Assembly (NCBI GenBank): GCA_965220195.1
Contig: CBDCPK010000002.1
Span: 42,435-106,434 of the forward strand
Origin: an uncultured Candidatus Binatia bacterium
GTDB taxonomy: Bacteria > Desulfobacterota > Binatia > Bin18
Direction of reading: 5' to 3'
DNA: 64,000 bases
Program-made: the position numbers and the translations under genes
Shown here: positions 33,834-43,731 of the stretch, piece after piece
Layout: each line of letters begins with the position of its first letter
How positions within the stretch are numbered: the stretch's first letter is position 1
The notes under the pieces: model-generated
What the model was told of the DNA's origin: nothing
Seen by the model: the letters and a program-made list of their open reading frames with translations, nothing else
Database searches by the model: none

Positions 33834-36485
33834 TCAGAACGAGTACGACGCCCGGAAGTAGTAGAAGCCGCCGTTGTATCCATACGGCGAGGCCACCGGA
33901 TACTTCTGGCCGGCATCATATTCATTCCGATGCACCCGTTTGACCTTGGTCGGATACGTGTCTAACAGGTTGTCCACACCGGCCGCTACGACGAGCCCGA
34001 AATCGAACAGGTATGACGCTTCCAGGTCGAGCAACGCACGGGCACGGGCATAGATAGGCGGGTTGATCTTGTAGTCCTGGTACGGCTCGGTGAAACCGTC
34101 GTAGTAATGCAGCCGGGAGAGGAACCGCCACGGTCCCCAAGTGTGGTCCGCCATCAGCGAGAAGCGGAACTCCGGCTCGATATCTTCGACCTGCACTTTG
34201 CGCACCGAGTTGATGACCTGCGAGTTGATGGAATCGAGATTGAGGTTGGTGTCGTTCCAGTTGCCGGCAAACGTCAACATGGTCCTGCCGATGCTGCCGC
34301 CGAACAACTCCAGCGGATAGGTCGCCACGAGGTCAATGCCTTGCGTATACGTTTCGAACGCATTGGTGAAAAACCGCACGCTTCGCACGCGACTCGCATC
34401 GACATTCATAGCGGCCAGGGCGGCGATGTCTTCAGGGGTAATCCCTTGGGCGCTGGTCAACCCGATCCGGTTTCTCACTTCTATATTGTAATAGTCCAGG
34501 GTGACGGTCAGGGCATCAAGGGTGAGCACTGTCCCGACTGAAAAAGACATGGAAGTCTCCGGTGTCAGCGGCTTGGCCCCCTTCCGGAGCGCAATCGGGT
34601 GGCTGCCTGGAAGCGTTGGTGTTTCGACCAGTTGGTTTGTTTCAGGGTCGAAGTTGTAGGTCGTGTCCCGGTAGTTTGCCTGTCCCACGGTCGGGGCACG
34701 AAATCCGGTCCCGATTGACCCGCGTAGCGCCAGATATTCCTCAAGCAGGCTCCAGCGGGCAGCGAGCTTGCCGTCCAGGGACTCGCCGATGCCTTCATGG
34801 TGCTCGAAGCGGCCCGCGGCGGTGACCAGTACGTTCTCAATGACGTCGGCTTCGAGGTCGAGATACGCGCCGAAGCTGCCCCGTTCGGCCTCCACCGCAT
34901 TCTCCGGGCGGATAGCCGGATACGCTTGGCCGCCTACGCTGAACCCCTGTGCGGCGAGGCCACGCGCTTTCCGTTGCCCATCACATTCTCCGTTGTCATC
35001 AGAACACCAGCCGTCCTTATCACCGGATTCGATCTCATACTCTTCCTCGCGGTACTCCAGTCCGAAGGCGATGTTCAGCGGGGAGTAGAAGACACCAATG
35101 TCGAACAGCCTGGAGAAATCCAGATTGAATATCTTGTCCCGCTGCTCGTAGGCACGGCCGAAGTATCCCGTCGGCATGGCGTCTTTGAGGCGGAGCAGTT
35201 GCGGGTTGACGGTGTTCCATATGTAGTACGTGGTTCTGTGCTGGCCGAACGCGGCACTCATGTCGTAGTTCCAGCCGTCGAGCAGCGCGGAAGCGCTCTG
35301 CAACGTCCCGCGCAGGCCGAAGGTGATGCCCCAGTCTTCCACGCCGCCGCGCATCCGCGGCGTGAACCCGCCCGGAAGATTCTGGGCCAACGCGTAACAG
35401 TCCGGGTTGCCCTCCAGCGGGGCCAGTGCGGCCCGGCCGTTTTGCGTATAATCGCGCGCCAGGATTGTCGGGCAGTTGCCTGTGCCGTCGGGTGTCAGGT
35501 CGGCGACCTTGAGCCGTTCGCCGTCCAGATAGACCCCGGTCGTACCGGTCGGCGCGGACGGATGCGGGCCTCGGAAATACCACGAGTCCAGAATCTGGCG
35601 TTCCGCCCAGTTGCCGAAGGCATAGGCATGGTGAGAGTCGCTGAGGTCGAGGCCGAAGTTACCGAAAAATTTATAGTCGTACGGCACATCCGGTGCGCCC
35701 CACACCATGGCACGATGCTTGACGGGAAGCCCGGCGTTTCTCAACGGCTTTTCGATATCGAGTTCAGAGCTGCGGTCGGTCGAGTCGGCGTTGGTGAACT
35801 CGAAGCTGAGGTTAGCGAAGCCGGCGTCAGTCAGCGGCAGGCCGATGTTGGCCGCGGTGCTCACCTGGTCGCCGTCACCCTGATAATACTGGCCCCAGCG
35901 GGCTTCGACCGTACCGCCCTCGGGCGCATCGCGCAGCACGAAGTTCATGACCCCGGCCACCGCGTCGGAGCCGTACTGGGCACCCGCCCCGTCGCGCAGT
36001 ACCTCAACCCGTTTGAGGGCAATGGACGGGATGGAGCGGATATCAACCCCGTGCGCCCCTTGGGCCTGCCCAAAGGTGAAGATGCTGATCGCTGACGAGC
36101 GGTGGCGGCGTTTGCCATTGACCAGCACCAGGGTCGAGTCCGGCGGCAGGCCGCGCAGCTTGGCCGGGCGGACCAGCGCGTTAGCGTCGCCGATGGCGTG
36201 CTGAGAGATATTATAGGACGGAACGGTGGCGGCCAGCAGGTTGTTCAGGTCGCGGACGCCGTAATGCTGGAAGTTTTCGCCGTCAATGACGTCCACCGGC
36301 ACGGGCGAATCCGCGGCCGAGCGGCCGGGTGCCCGGGAGCCGACCACGCGGAGGTCTTCAAGCCCGAAGATGGATTCTTCCGGCGTCCCTTCCTGACCGG
36401 CCTCCTGCGCGCCGGCTGGCAGTGCGCCTATCAAGACCAGGAACGCCACCAGGAGAGCACATTGGCACTGTATCAATTGCTTCAT
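33834..36485 (-). CDS. TonB-dependent receptor
   Basis: Signal peptide from the ATG at 36485. Plug-domain motifs (VLVNGKR, RVEVLRDGAGAQYGSDAVAGVMNFVL). Beta-barrel ending YYFRASYSF. Confidence 0.9.
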   Translation of the reverse strand: MKQLIQCQCALLVAFLVLIGALPAGAQEAGQEGTPEESIFGLEDLRVVGSRAPGRSAADSPVPVDVIDGENFQHYGVRDLNNLLAATVPSYNISQHAIGDANALVRPAKLRGLPPDSTLVLVNGKRRHRSSAISIFTFGQAQGAHGVDIRSIPSIALKRVEVLRDGAGAQYGSDAVAGVMNFVLRDAPEGGTVEARWGQYYQGDGDQVSTAANIGLPLTDAGFANLSFEFTNADSTDRSSELDIEKPLRNAGLPVKHRAMVWGAPDVPYDYKFFGNFGLDLSDSHHAYAFGNWAERQILDSWYFRGPHPSAPTGTTGVYLDGERLKVADLTPDGTGNCPTILARDYTQNGRAALAPLEGNPDCYALAQNLPGGFTPRMRGGVEDWGITFGLRGTLQSASALLDGWNYDMSAAFGQHRTTYYIWNTVNPQLLRLKDAMPTGYFGRAYEQRDKIFNLDFSRLFDIGVFYSPLNIAFGLEYREEEYEIESGDKDGWCSDDNGECDGQRKARGLAAQGFSVGGQAYPAIRPENAVEAERGSFGAYLDLEADVIENVLVTAAGRFEHHEGIGESLDGKLAARWSLLEEYLALRGSIGTGFRAPTVGQANYRDTTYNFDPETNQLVETPTLPGSHPIALRKGAKPLTPETSMSFSVGTVLTLDALTVTLDYYNIEVRNRIGLTSAQGITPEDIAALAAMNVDASRVRSVRFFTNAFETYTQGIDLVATYPLELFGGSIGRTMLTFAGNWNDTNLNLDSINSQVINSVRKVQVEDIEPEFRFSLMADHTWGPWRFLSRLHYYDGFTEPYQDYKINPPIYARARALLDLEASYLFDFGLVVAAGVDNLLDTYPTKVKRVHRNEYDAGQKYPVASPYGYNGGFYYFRASYSF

Positions 36486-36677
36486 TTTGCTTTCCCTTTT
36501 TGTCGTGTCATGCAGAGGGCCTTCTCGGGCAGCTTGGGCTTGGAGCCGCATCCCCTTGGCCAAATGCTCCACACACCGTCCTATTGCTCTCTGGGCCACG
36601 GCCTGATCCTCGGTGCGGGCGATGTATAACGCCGCTCCGGCGTAGGCCCCAAACCACAACCGGCTTCCCACCCAAAC

Positions 36678-37022
36678 TCAGCACGTCAGGGAGAAGCTCA
36701 ACTCACCCGCGTTCGCTCCGGCCGTCACTGTGACCTCTGTCGGACCGCCGTAGCACTGTTGGGAGATATTGTAGAGCGACTGGGTAGCGCCCGCCACCCG
36801 CACTGCGAGGTTCCCGCTACACGTGAAACTTTGTGTCGTGCCATTCGCCACATTGCTATATGAGCTGTCCCCGGTACACTTGGCCTCGATTGTACCGCCG
36901 GAAGAGTTAATGAGATCGTAAACCGCATCCGAAGATGCATCCGATGCCAAGGCGTACGCCGCGACCAGGCACAGGCCCAGGGTCAGGGCGGCTATCGTGC
37001 CATAGCTGTTCTGCTGCTTCAT
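36678..37022 (-). CDS. small secreted Cys-containing protein P1 (tandem paralog family)
   Basis: Signal peptide ending ALA. Mature region of about 88 aa: DLINSSGGTIEAKCTG...ANGTTQSFTCSG...TVTAG...C. An ~85-bp stretch is identical to P2. Confidence 0.7.
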   Translation of the reverse strand: MKQQNSYGTIAALTLGLCLVAAYALASDASSDAVYDLINSSGGTIEAKCTGDSSYSNVANGTTQSFTCSGNLAVRVAGATQSLYNISQQCYGGPTEVTVTAGANAGELSFSLTC

Positions 37023-37116
37023 TCCTTTGCTCCCTTCGCGGATGTGAGGTGAGAAGGCAAGCCTTCCACCATGCCGGTCCCATTGCCAGGCCAATGTCAA
37101 GGCTTCCCGCCCGAAC

Positions 37117-37443
37117 TCAGCACATCAGGGAGAAGCTCAACTCGCCAGCGCTCTCCCCAGCCGTCACTGTGATCTCGATTGGACCGCCGCGGCACTGTCG
37201 GGAGATGTTGTAGGGCGACTCGCTAGAGCCCGCCACCCGCACTACGAGGTTCCCGCTACACGTGAAACTTTGTGTCGTGCCATTCGCCACATTGCTATAT
37301 GAGCTGTCCCCGGTACACTTGGCCTCGATTGCACCGCCGGAGGAGTTAATGAGATCATAATCCGCTGCCAAGGCGGGCGTAGCGACCAGGCACAGGCCCA
37401 GGGTCAGGGCGGCTATCGTGCCATACCTGTTTTGCTGCTTCAT
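37117..37443 (-). CDS. small secreted Cys-containing protein P2
   Basis: Near-duplicate of P1, with signal peptide MKQQNRYGTIAALTLGLCLVATPALA. Confidence 0.7.
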   Translation of the reverse strand: MKQQNRYGTIAALTLGLCLVATPALAADYDLINSSGGAIEAKCTGDSSYSNVANGTTQSFTCSGNLVVRVAGSSESPYNISRQCRGGPIEITVTAGESAGELSFSLMC

Positions 37444-37530
37444 GTTCTTGCCTCCTTATACCGGTCTGTGAATTGCCGACTCCCCTTCCGGGCTGATTTC
37501 AAGGGAAGATCGACACAGCGGCAGGTCAGC

Positions 37531-37869
37531 TTACGATGATACACATTGGTGAGCCAGGCTCAGCGTGTCGGCGCTATCTCCCGCCGTCACCGTGGTCGCC
37601 TTTATTTCATTGCTTCCGCAATCATTCGGAATTTCATATTCAGGGTTGCCTCCCGGTCGCTGTACAAAGGCCGTGCCACCGCTGCACGAGTAATCTTTCG
37701 TCTCGCCGTTCGCCGGCCAGTCGGTGATATTCGTCGTGGAACAATTCACCTTGACGCTATCGCCGGAAGAGTTGATGATGCGGAAGTCCCAGGCCAGCGC
37801 GTGCGCCGCGACCAGACACAGGCCAACGGTCAGGCCGGTTATGGTGAAGGAACCACTTCGCTTACGCAT
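37531..37869 (-). CDS. small secreted Cys-containing protein P3
   Basis: Same architecture: WDFRIINSSGDSVKVNCS...ANGETKDYSCSG...TVTAGDSADTLSLAHQC. Confidence 0.65.
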   Translation of the reverse strand: MRKRSGSFTITGLTVGLCLVAAHALAWDFRIINSSGDSVKVNCSTTNITDWPANGETKDYSCSGGTAFVQRPGGNPEYEIPNDCGSNEIKATTVTAGDSADTLSLAHQCVSS

Positions 37870-37924
37870 AACGTTTCTCCTTTCGTCTCTGGACGTTGAA
37901 GGCTGAGGTCACACATCTCCCCGC

Positions 37925-38245
37925 TCAAAATGTAGACTCCTCTGATATGCATTGGTGAGCTAGGTTCAGTGTGTCGGCGCTATCTCCCGCTGTCACCGTG
38001 GTCGCTGGAATGTCATATTGAGAGCTGCTTCCCGGCCGCTGTACGGAGGCCGTACCGCTACATGAGTAAAGTTGTGTCGTGCCATTCGCCTGCGAGGTGG
38101 TGATAGTCGCCGTCGAACAATTCACCTTGACGGTATCGCCGGAAGAGTTGGTGACGCGGAGGTCCCATGCCAAGGCGTGCGTCGCGACCAGACACAGGCT
38201 CACGGTCAGGAGGGCTATCGTTCTCCTCTTGGTCTGCCTCTTCAT
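37925..38245 (-). CDS. small secreted Cys-containing protein P4
   Basis: WDLRVTNSSGDTVKVNCS...ANGTTQLYSCSG...TVTAGDSADTLNLAHQC. First gene of the minus-strand cluster. Confidence 0.65.
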   Translation of the reverse strand: MKRQTKRRTIALLTVSLCLVATHALAWDLRVTNSSGDTVKVNCSTATITTSQANGTTQLYSCSGTASVQRPGSSSQYDIPATTVTAGDSADTLNLAHQCISEESTF

Positions 38246-38450
38246 TCCTTTATTCCTTTGCTCCTTTCGTGGATGTGGGGTGAGAAGGATATCTGCCCCG
38301 CCATATCAACCCCATTCCAGGCTAATGTCAAGGCTCAAAGTGGCCCGGTAGCGTGGCCGAACGGTCGCCCACCTTTTTCCGGGTGAGGCTTATACCGCCA
38401 CAGGAAAAAAGATATAATAGTTGTCAAACACCTCCTGTCCTTCGAACGTT

Positions 38451-39923
38451 ATGAGGATTGTGTGCATTTTTCTGGTTGGCTTGATGGCTGTCTTGACGGC
38501 GCCGGCAACGCGTAGCGACCAATCCGCCGCCCCACGTCTGGAACTGACCCTGGCCGAGAGTGTCGCCCTGGCCCTGCAGAACAACCGCCACCTTTCTCAG
38601 GTGCGCCTTGACCGCGTTGTGCAGAAGTTCGACCTCAGAGTTGCCGAGGACGAGTTCTGGCCGGACATCGATATCGGTTCCGCCCTGGATTACGGCATCG
38701 CCTGGGAGGCTGACCAGAGAAGACTGGAGTATGATGAAAGCGCCTTCCTCTTCCCCGTGCTGACGGTCCGCCTGCCCACGGGCGGTGCTTTCGCTGTCGG
38801 CTTGAACAGTGCTTTCCGGGACTTTGGCACGCAAGACGCCTACACGGCCTCGCCGTCACTCCATTTTGTCCAGCCCTTGCTGAAAGGCGGCGGCGTCGAG
38901 GTTGCAACCGCCAACTTGCGGAACGCCCGTCGCCAGGAAGAAATTCATGTCCTGTCGTTCAAGGCGGCGGTTATTGGCATCGTCAACTCGGTCGTCTCCG
39001 CCTACCGGAGCTTTATCCAGGCGCAACGGCAGGTTGAGATCAGCGCCCGCTCTTTGCAGCGGGCGCGGGAGCAACTGGACGTGAATCGACTCCTGATTCA
39101 GACCGGCAGAATGGCCGAGAATGACGCGGTGCAGACCGAGGCCGATATCGCCACTCGGGAACTGAATCTGACGGAAACCCAAAACCGCCTGGATACCGCC
39201 CGGCTCAGCCTGATCAACGTCCTGGACATTGATAGTCGGACGCAGATCGAACCAACGGAAGCCTTGACCATCGCTCCGGTGTCGCCCGACCTGTCCCACA
39301 GCCTGGACACCGCGTTTGCCCGTCGCCCGGACTATCTCCAAGCGCTGCTGTTTCTCGAAAACATCAAGACGAATGTCATGGTGGCGGAGAACAACCGCTT
39401 GTGGGACTTGTCTCTTGGCGCTTCTGCCTCTGCCAGCGGCAGCCAGCAATCATTTCGGGGGACGCTGGGGAGCGCGCTGGGCGATGTCGTTAATAGAGGG
39501 GTCTATGGAGTCGGGTTGGAGCTGAGTATTCCCTTTTATGGGGATTTGACCCGGCAGCAGCGCTATGTCAGGGCCCACACCGCCCTGCAGCAGGCCGAAC
39601 ACAGTCTGGCAGAACTCCGTCAGAACATCGACATTGAGGTGCGCAACGCGGTGCGGGATGTCGAAGTCCGCCTGCGCCAAGTCGAGTTGGCGCAACGGGC
39701 GCGGGAGCTGGCCGAGCAGAAGATTGGCATCGAACGGGAAAAGCTGACCGTGGGCTTGTCCACGAATTTTCAACTGGTCGTCTTTGAGGATGACCTGGTC
39801 AATGCCCAGAATCGCGAAGTGCGCGCCATCATTACCTATCTCAACGCGCTGACGGTGTTCGACCGGACACTGGGTACAACCCTGGAGACGTGGAAGATCG
39901 ACATCACCAGGCTGGAACAATAA
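38451..39923 (+). CDS. TolC-family outer membrane efflux protein
   Basis: Signal peptide, then LTLAESVALALQNNRHL and two repeated OEP halves. Confidence 0.85.
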   Translation: MRIVCIFLVGLMAVLTAPATRSDQSAAPRLELTLAESVALALQNNRHLSQVRLDRVVQKFDLRVAEDEFWPDIDIGSALDYGIAWEADQRRLEYDESAFLFPVLTVRLPTGGAFAVGLNSAFRDFGTQDAYTASPSLHFVQPLLKGGGVEVATANLRNARRQEEIHVLSFKAAVIGIVNSVVSAYRSFIQAQRQVEISARSLQRAREQLDVNRLLIQTGRMAENDAVQTEADIATRELNLTETQNRLDTARLSLINVLDIDSRTQIEPTEALTIAPVSPDLSHSLDTAFARRPDYLQALLFLENIKTNVMVAENNRLWDLSLGASASASGSQQSFRGTLGSALGDVVNRGVYGVGLELSIPFYGDLTRQQRYVRAHTALQQAEHSLAELRQNIDIEVRNAVRDVEVRLRQVELAQRARELAEQKIGIEREKLTVGLSTNFQLVVFEDDLVNAQNREVRAIITYLNALTVFDRTLGTTLETWKIDITRLEQ

Positions 39924-41695
39924 TGGACCGGGATGCCGTCATCTATAAAAATGTCCTGGACAATATGAGTGGCGGAGTCATGACGGTCGGCCTGGACGGA
40001 CGCATCCTGACCTTCAACCCGGCGGCCGCCCGGATACTGGGACTCGCCCGGGACGAGGTTCTCGACCACGTCTTGGCCGAAGTCTTGATGGCCATTGAGG
40101 GCCTGGACGCGTTCTTTCAGGCCCTCATGGATGCCGTCTATGAGGCCGATGTTGAACACCAGCGCGTGGTCGAAGTGCAGCACGGCGGCAAGACCGTTTC
40201 CCTGGCAATGACCTCCTCCTATCTCCAATCGGTCCGGGACGGTGAGGTCCAGCGCATCGGCGTCATTGCCATATTTAACGATATTACGGAACTCAAGGAC
40301 TTGCGCGAGGCCGAGCTGCGAATGGCGGAAACGGCCAAGGCACAACACGCCGAACTCCAGGATGCCTACCGCCGGATTGAAGAAAACAACCAGGCCCTCC
40401 GTACGGCCACACAGCGGGAACGCGTCGCTGCATTGGGTGTCGTCGTCCTGTTTCTGGCAGTTGGGCTGTACGTCTGGCAAACGGACCCTGGGCCGGACTT
40501 CAGCGAGCCGTCGTTGCCGGTGTCGCCCGAGACGGTGGTTCCCGCGGACCTGCGGACCGTGGTGGTGACACCGCAACGGCTGACCTCCACGGTCATCCTG
40601 TCCGGCCATCTGGTCCCGCGCCGGGAAGTTCAGGTGACCAGCCCGCTGACCGGCACGGTGGCGGCCCTGCATTTTCAGTACGGGGAGCGAGTCACCCATG
40701 GGCAACGCCTGGTCGAGCTGGATACGACTGAGGCCGAGAAAAAGTATCGCGAGGCCCAAGCCGCGTATATTAAAGCCCGGCTGCGTTTTCACGAGCTTGA
40801 AAATTGGGAAAACAGCGTGGAGGTCGTCCGCGCTCGTCGAACGCTCAATCGGACCAGGCGGCAGCTCGAAACCCACCAGAACAAGCGGGACGAAACCGCC
40901 TTCCTGTTGGAAAAAGGCATTATCCCGGCCTCGGAACACGAGGCTGCGGAACAGCAGCTCTATAATATGCGTTTGGACTATGAGGCCGTTCAGCAAGACC
41001 TCGAAGCCGTATTGGCCAGGGGCGGAGCCCAGGAAAAGCAGGTCGCCCGGTTGGAGCTCGACAATGCCCGTATCCAGATGCAGTTGATGGAGGACATCCT
41101 GCAAAAATCGCGCGTCAATGCGCCCGTGACCGGAGTCATCCTCCCGCCGCGACAGTCGGAGCAAGACGGACAACGCCTCGTCATCGGCGGAGAGACGCAG
41201 CAGGGAGCCTTGTTGCTGACGGTCGGCGACCTGGATGGCCTGTCGGTTGTGGGAGAGGTGGACGAGGTGGATGTGGCCAAAGTCCGTCTGGGGCAACAGG
41301 TTGCGATCAGCGGCGATGCCTTTCCCGGTGTCGAACTGCGGGGGAGCATTGTCCATGTGTCTTCACAAGCCAGTCAGCCAGAGCAGGGCAGAGAGAACGT
41401 GCCCGTGTTCGAGGTCAGGGCGGTCATCGAGAACCTGAGCGCGGCGCAGCGCCAACAGGTGCGTCTGGGGATGTCGGCCAATCTCGAGGTCGTGGTCCAT
41501 GACAAACCGGACTCGCTGCTCGTTCCCTTGAGTGCGGTACAGGTGCGCAACGGCAAAACGTGGCTGCGCGTCAAGGACCGGGAGACCGGCGCGGTGAAAC
41601 AGATTGAAGTCGATACCGGCGTGACCACCCTGGACGCGGTGGAAATCGTCAACGGACTGCAAGCCGGCGATGAGGTGATGCTGTCCGAGACATGA
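39923..41695 (+). CDS. PAS domain fused to a MacA/HlyD-type periplasmic adaptor
   Basis: TAATG overlap with the tolC-like gene. The N-terminal ~130 aa are PAS-like (LDNMSGGVMTVGLDGRILTFNPAAARILG). TM helix VAALGVVVLFLAVGLYVW. Then an HlyD/biotinyl-lipoyl/beta-barrel adaptor. Confidence 0.8.
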   Translation: MDRDAVIYKNVLDNMSGGVMTVGLDGRILTFNPAAARILGLARDEVLDHVLAEVLMAIEGLDAFFQALMDAVYEADVEHQRVVEVQHGGKTVSLAMTSSYLQSVRDGEVQRIGVIAIFNDITELKDLREAELRMAETAKAQHAELQDAYRRIEENNQALRTATQRERVAALGVVVLFLAVGLYVWQTDPGPDFSEPSLPVSPETVVPADLRTVVVTPQRLTSTVILSGHLVPRREVQVTSPLTGTVAALHFQYGERVTHGQRLVELDTTEAEKKYREAQAAYIKARLRFHELENWENSVEVVRARRTLNRTRRQLETHQNKRDETAFLLEKGIIPASEHEAAEQQLYNMRLDYEAVQQDLEAVLARGGAQEKQVARLELDNARIQMQLMEDILQKSRVNAPVTGVILPPRQSEQDGQRLVIGGETQQGALLLTVGDLDGLSVVGEVDEVDVAKVRLGQQVAISGDAFPGVELRGSIVHVSSQASQPEQGRENVPVFEVRAVIENLSAAQRQQVRLGMSANLEVVVHDKPDSLLVPLSAVQVRNGKTWLRVKDRETGAVKQIEVDTGVTTLDAVEIVNGLQAGDEVMLSET

Positions 41696-41709
41696 GGTGA
41701 GACGACCGG

Positions 41710-42393
41710 ATGTTGCGTCTGGTGGACATTTGCAAGAATTATCGGATCGGCCCGATCAGCGTAGACGTCTTACGGGGCGTCCGTCTTGAGGTGAACCGGG
41801 GCGACCTGCTGTCGATCATGGGGGCTTCGGGCTGCGGCAAATCGACCCTGATGCATATCATCGGTCTGTTGGACCGCCCCACCAGCGGCTCCTACCTGCT
41901 GGAGGGACGCGAGGTCTCGGCGATGGGCGATAACGAACTGTCCACCCTCCGCAACGCCAGCATGGGCTTCGTGTTTCAGTCCTTTCACCTGTTACCGCGC
42001 CTGACGACCCAGGAGAACGTCGGTCTGCCCCTGGTCTACCGGGGGCTGGGAGACACAGAGATCCGGCAGCGCTCGCAAGAGATACTGGAAAAGGTTGGGA
42101 TGCAGGACCGGACCGACCACAAGCCGAGTCAACTCTCCGGTGGACAACAACAGCGGGTGGCCATTGCCCGAGCGCTGGTCGGAGCGCCCCGCCTCCTGCT
42201 GGCCGATGAACCGACCGGAGCCCTGGACCCCCGCACCGGCCGGGAGATCATGCAGATTTTTTCCCGCCTGAACGCCGAGGACGGGCTGACGGTCATTATC
42301 ATCACCCACGACCAGGCGATTGCGCGCCACTGTATGCGGCACACTCGTCTGTCTGACGGGATACTGCATGAGGATGTTCCCCGGCCGGGCTGA
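41710..42393 (+). CDS. ABC transporter ATP-binding protein (MacB/LolD type)
   Basis: Walker A GASGCGKST, signature LSGGQQQRVAIARAL, Walker B LLLADEPTGALD. Confidence 0.95.
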   Translation: MLRLVDICKNYRIGPISVDVLRGVRLEVNRGDLLSIMGASGCGKSTLMHIIGLLDRPTSGSYLLEGREVSAMGDNELSTLRNASMGFVFQSFHLLPRLTTQENVGLPLVYRGLGDTEIRQRSQEILEKVGMQDRTDHKPSQLSGGQQQRVAIARALVGAPRLLLADEPTGALDPRTGREIMQIFSRLNAEDGLTVIIITHDQAIARHCMRHTRLSDGILHEDVPRPG

Positions 42394-42411
42394 CTCGCGA
42401 GGCTCTCTGCC

Positions 42412-43602
42412 ATGCTCCTCAAGACCAATATCAAGGAGGCTGTCAGCAGCCTGTATGCTACGAGACAACGCAGCCTCCTGGCCCTGATCGGCATTATTAT
42501 CGGTATCGGTTCGGTGATTGCGCTGGTCTCGGTCGGCTCGATTGCCAAATTCGAATCGCTCAAGCAATATCGGGAACTGGGGACCGATATCCTGACGATT
42601 CGGAGACTGCACAACAGTGGCCGGGTGCGCCGCCAAGTGTATATCCGCCTGGCAGACGCCCTTGACCTGGCGGACCGGACGCCCTCTATTGTCGCTGCCG
42701 CCCCGTGGACCCAGATATACGGGCCGTTCGTATATGCCGGACAGGAGATATCCCACGGCGAGGTGCTCGGGGTGCGAGCGTCTTTTGCCGACCTGACCAA
42801 GCTGAGCGTCAGCGCCGGTCGGTTTATCTCGGATCTGGACTTCCGACGCTACTACTGCGTCGTTGGCCACGAGGTCGCTCAGGCCATGCGGCAGGCCGGC
42901 GCTACGCGCGTCGTGGGCGACCTTATCAAGCTAGGCGGGCATCCGTACACCGTAGTTGGGGTGCTGCGGCCAACACAGGTGAAGGACGCTCGTTCGTTTA
43001 ATGCGGACCGCGGGGCGTTTGTGCCCATGAGCACGGCGCAGCGCGCGTTTGACAACGCGAACATTGCCTTGGTCATTGCGCGTATGCGACCCGATGTCCA
43101 CCATACGGTGGCCACACGGGAGGTGGAAAGCTATTTCCGTCAGCGGTCAAAAGACTTGGCAATTGAGGTGATCAGCGCCAGACAACTGATCCAGCAGATG
43201 GAAAAGCAGAGTCAACTCTTTACGCTGCTGTTAGGCGTGGTCGGGAGTATTTCGCTCATCGTTGGCGGCATTGGGGTGATGAATGTCATGCTGGTCTCCG
43301 TGACCGAGCGCCGAAAGGAGATCGGTATCCGACGGGCTCTGGGAGCGAAACGCAAGGACATTCAGAGTCAATTTCTGATCGAATCCATCCTGCTGTCCTT
43401 GCTCGGCGGCCTGTTCGGCCTGGGCCTCGGCCTGGGCAGCGCCTATGTCATTTGTCAATTTTCGGGCTGGACCTTCATGCTCTCGGTCCCGGCCATGTTG
43501 CTCGGGGTGGGCGTAGCCTCGGGTGTTGGCATCTTCTTTGGTTTCTACCCAGCCTACCAGGCCGCTCAGCTCAATCCCGTCACCGCTCTACGTGCCCCAT
43601 AG
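42412..43602 (+). CDS. ABC transporter permease (MacB periplasmic domain plus FtsX)
   Basis: N-terminal TM, a large periplasmic domain, and a C-terminal FtsX-like bundle with GGIGVMNVMLVSVTERRKEIGIRRALGA. Confidence 0.9.
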   Translation: MLLKTNIKEAVSSLYATRQRSLLALIGIIIGIGSVIALVSVGSIAKFESLKQYRELGTDILTIRRLHNSGRVRRQVYIRLADALDLADRTPSIVAAAPWTQIYGPFVYAGQEISHGEVLGVRASFADLTKLSVSAGRFISDLDFRRYYCVVGHEVAQAMRQAGATRVVGDLIKLGGHPYTVVGVLRPTQVKDARSFNADRGAFVPMSTAQRAFDNANIALVIARMRPDVHHTVATREVESYFRQRSKDLAIEVISARQLIQQMEKQSQLFTLLLGVVGSISLIVGGIGVMNVMLVSVTERRKEIGIRRALGAKRKDIQSQFLIESILLSLLGGLFGLGLGLGSAYVICQFSGWTFMLSVPAMLLGVGVASGVGIFFGFYPAYQAAQLNPVTALRAP

Positions 43603-43731
43603 CCGAATGCTCAGCTCGAATGGGAGTCAAAGCAATGGATACCGGACCCGTATCAAGTACGGGGTGACGTTATCAGGTCCGGCATGACGGCAAACAGGTG
43701 GAACGGAGACGAAGGGGGGTCGCTTGAAGGG

